Shown one piece after another: positions 36,334 through 37,829 of a stretch of DNA of 37,829 bases. Both the position numbers and the translations under genes were made by a program. The notes below the pieces were generated by a model. It made no database searches. It was not told the DNA's origin and worked only from the letters and a program-made list of their open reading frames with translations. The DNA lies in NCBI GenBank assembly GCA_049424145.1, contig JBMSSC010000010.1, positions 1-37,829 on the forward strand. The letters run 5' to 3'. The stretch is from Bdellovibrionia bacterium (GTDB lineage Bacteria; Bdellovibrionota; UBA1018). Positions within the stretch are counted from its first letter, which is position 1; each line of letters starts with the position of its first letter.

Positions 36334-37829
36334 CTAAAGCTCCCCGCCCAGCCATTTGCGAAAGTGGTCAATCAGGGGATTGGAAGCTGAGAGATCGAGG
36401 TCTCTTTTTTGATTCTCAAAAATGAAATCATGCCAGGGCTGAAGAATTCGAAGAGATTCGCTCAGATCGGATTGCGCCTGGGAGGGCTCGGTTTTTCGAT
36501 GAGAACCGATGTAGATTTCAGTCTGATTCGAACTCACTGGCGCATAGATGACGGTGACCTCATAGAGATCCTTCAATGAATAAGACCAAAGGTTGGGAAA
36601 AATCAGGCCACTTCCAAAGGGAAAGTCCTGAAACTCAAGCCGAGAACGATCTTTTTGAAGGACAAAGTTGACTCGATCTTGCAATGGATCGGCCTTGGGC
36701 GCACCGATCTCACTGAACTCCCCTTGCAAAGCCGCTGGCTCGTAGGCCACGAACGTAGGTAGAAGAGCCAATTGAACTTCGAGGTTTTGCTGAAACCCCA
36801 CTGCGGAGTGAATTTTGGCCCAAATCGTTTGATAACCCTCAAGATGATCCAAATTCACAGGGGTTGACTCATCCTGCTCTCCCCACTTCATCCAGATCAA
36901 ACGATTACGCTCAATCACCTGAAACGTCTTAACTGGGGGAAGTATCCGGGAGGAGTCGCTCTCACTTTGAGGCTGAAGCTCCCCTTCTGCATTAAAACAA
37001 AGCGAGTGTGCTGAGCAACGAATGCAGGCGGGCTTTCCTGCATCAGCCACCCTTACAGACCCTTGACTCAGGCGCACCTGGGGTTGGTGAGGACACGAAT
37101 CCTCCATCACAACGAGCCGACCCTCCTCAGCTCGCCAGAGAACGAGGTTGACATTAAAGCGCCTGAGAGCCACGGGCGTCTCCCCCACTTCACTTGATAA
37201 AGCAATGGCATACCAAGCCTGGGGTAAAGGTAGGGGTTCTTGGGACTCAGCTGACTGCTGGGTGGGCTCTTTTGAGGTGGACGGATGAACCGAGCCCTCA
37301 CTTTTGGACTCATCGTCAGAATCACTCTCGTCCTCGGACTCCTCATCTGAGCTACTCTCATCCTGAGAACCCTGACTCAAGGAATTCCACCCCAAAAGAG
37401 TTCGCCAGAGAGTGTTCAATCCCTTCCATTTGCGCCGCAGCTTGAGAGGGTCTCTTTTTTTTCTCTGTCCTTGCCTCACTGGGACTAAATCTGAAGCAGG
37501 TTCAGAACCCAGATCATCAGGGAGTGCTTGAGCCATCAACGGAGACTCAACTGAGTTAAACAGTGAACTCGAAGACTCCTGCGCCCGGAGACTGATTCTC
37601 AAGCGGGACTGAAGCCCTAAGCCAACTCCAGGCGCCCGAAGGACACTCCTACTCACCCCCTGATGAAATGGTTCGGGCAAAACGGATGCCCCAAGTGGAG
37701 AGCGAGGGGAAGAAAAAAAATCTCCTCCCCGAGACAGGGCAGTCGGCTGGGGTGAGCGAGGAGAAACGCCTCGACCTCGCTCTAAAAAATAAATCTGAGA
37801 ATAAGATGCTTGGGAATCTAAACTTGCAC
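36334..37829 (-). CDS. Rieske [2Fe-2S] oxygenase-like protein with long low-complexity N-terminus; 5' end outside the window
   Basis: WYAIALSSEV, LVLWR, DSCPH...CSAH (CxH...CxxH), LIWM, IFPNLW. No stop in frame between 37680 and the window end. Confidence 0.82.
   Translation of the reverse strand, partial: ASLDSQASYSQIYFLERGRGVSPRSPQPTALSRGGDFFSSPRSPLGASVLPEPFHQGVSRSVLRAPGVGLGLQSRLRISLRAQESSSSLFNSVESPLMAQALPDDLGSEPASDLVPVRQGQRKKRDPLKLRRKWKGLNTLWRTLLGWNSLSQGSQDESSSDEESEDESDSDDESKSEGSVHPSTSKEPTQQSAESQEPLPLPQAWYAIALSSEVGETPVALRRFNVNLVLWRAEEGRLVVMEDSCPHQPQVRLSQGSVRVADAGKPACIRCSAHSLCFNAEGELQPQSESDSSRILPPVKTFQVIERNRLIWMKWGEQDESTPVNLDHLEGYQTIWAKIHSAVGFQQNLEVQLALLPTFVAYEPAALQGEFSEIGAPKADPLQDRVNFVLQKDRSRLEFQDFPFGSGLIFPNLWSYSLKDLYEVTVIYAPVSSNQTEIYIGSHRKTEPSQAQSDLSESLRILQPWHDFIFENQKRDLDLSASNPLIDHFRKWLGGEL

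Noticed and set aside
140..37445. Numerous 60-140 aa ORFs antisense to or nested in the called genes (e.g. 5717-6130, 7066-7374, 12463-12786, 29768-30190, 36018-36287)
   Set aside because: Shadow frames with no motifs or convincing SD.

Overview
Bacterial chromosomal window of moderate GC, about 30 protein genes and one tRNA. Gene content (lipoprotein matrixin, GYF_2-fused cyclase, sigma28/sigma54-like promoters, many secreted orphans) suggests a Bdellovibrionota/Oligoflexia-like or other delta-type bacterium; this is inference only. Housekeeping blocks: two RluA pseudouridine synthases plus an RlmI/K-like methyltransferase; murF-sua5; ribE-ribBA-ribH-CDF transporter; aroE-aroC-aroK-aroB-aroQ; deoxyhypusine synthase-like, USP, AAA+, ECF sigma, patatin, Bcp and HAD genes. 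Accessory features: (1) IS200/IS605 left ends next to TTAT at about 4-61 and 4063-4120, the second with a frameshifted tnpA; (2) a decayed island (DnaC/IstB fragment, non-canonical HTH-Fic with ATTGGGAC operator-like sites) downstream of tRNA-Arg(UCG); (3) two AT-rich paralogous, probably secreted proteins with an F-box-like motif and LRR-like segments; (4) a membrane class III pseudo-cyclase with tandem GYF_2 domains; (5) a secreted (GQKAGQA)n protein behind a sigma54-type promoter; (6) a Rieske protein lacking mononuclear-iron ligands that runs off the window end; (7) a probable tnpB N-terminal remnant. No CRISPR array or rRNA seen. All family calls come from motif recognition by eye; no searches were run.
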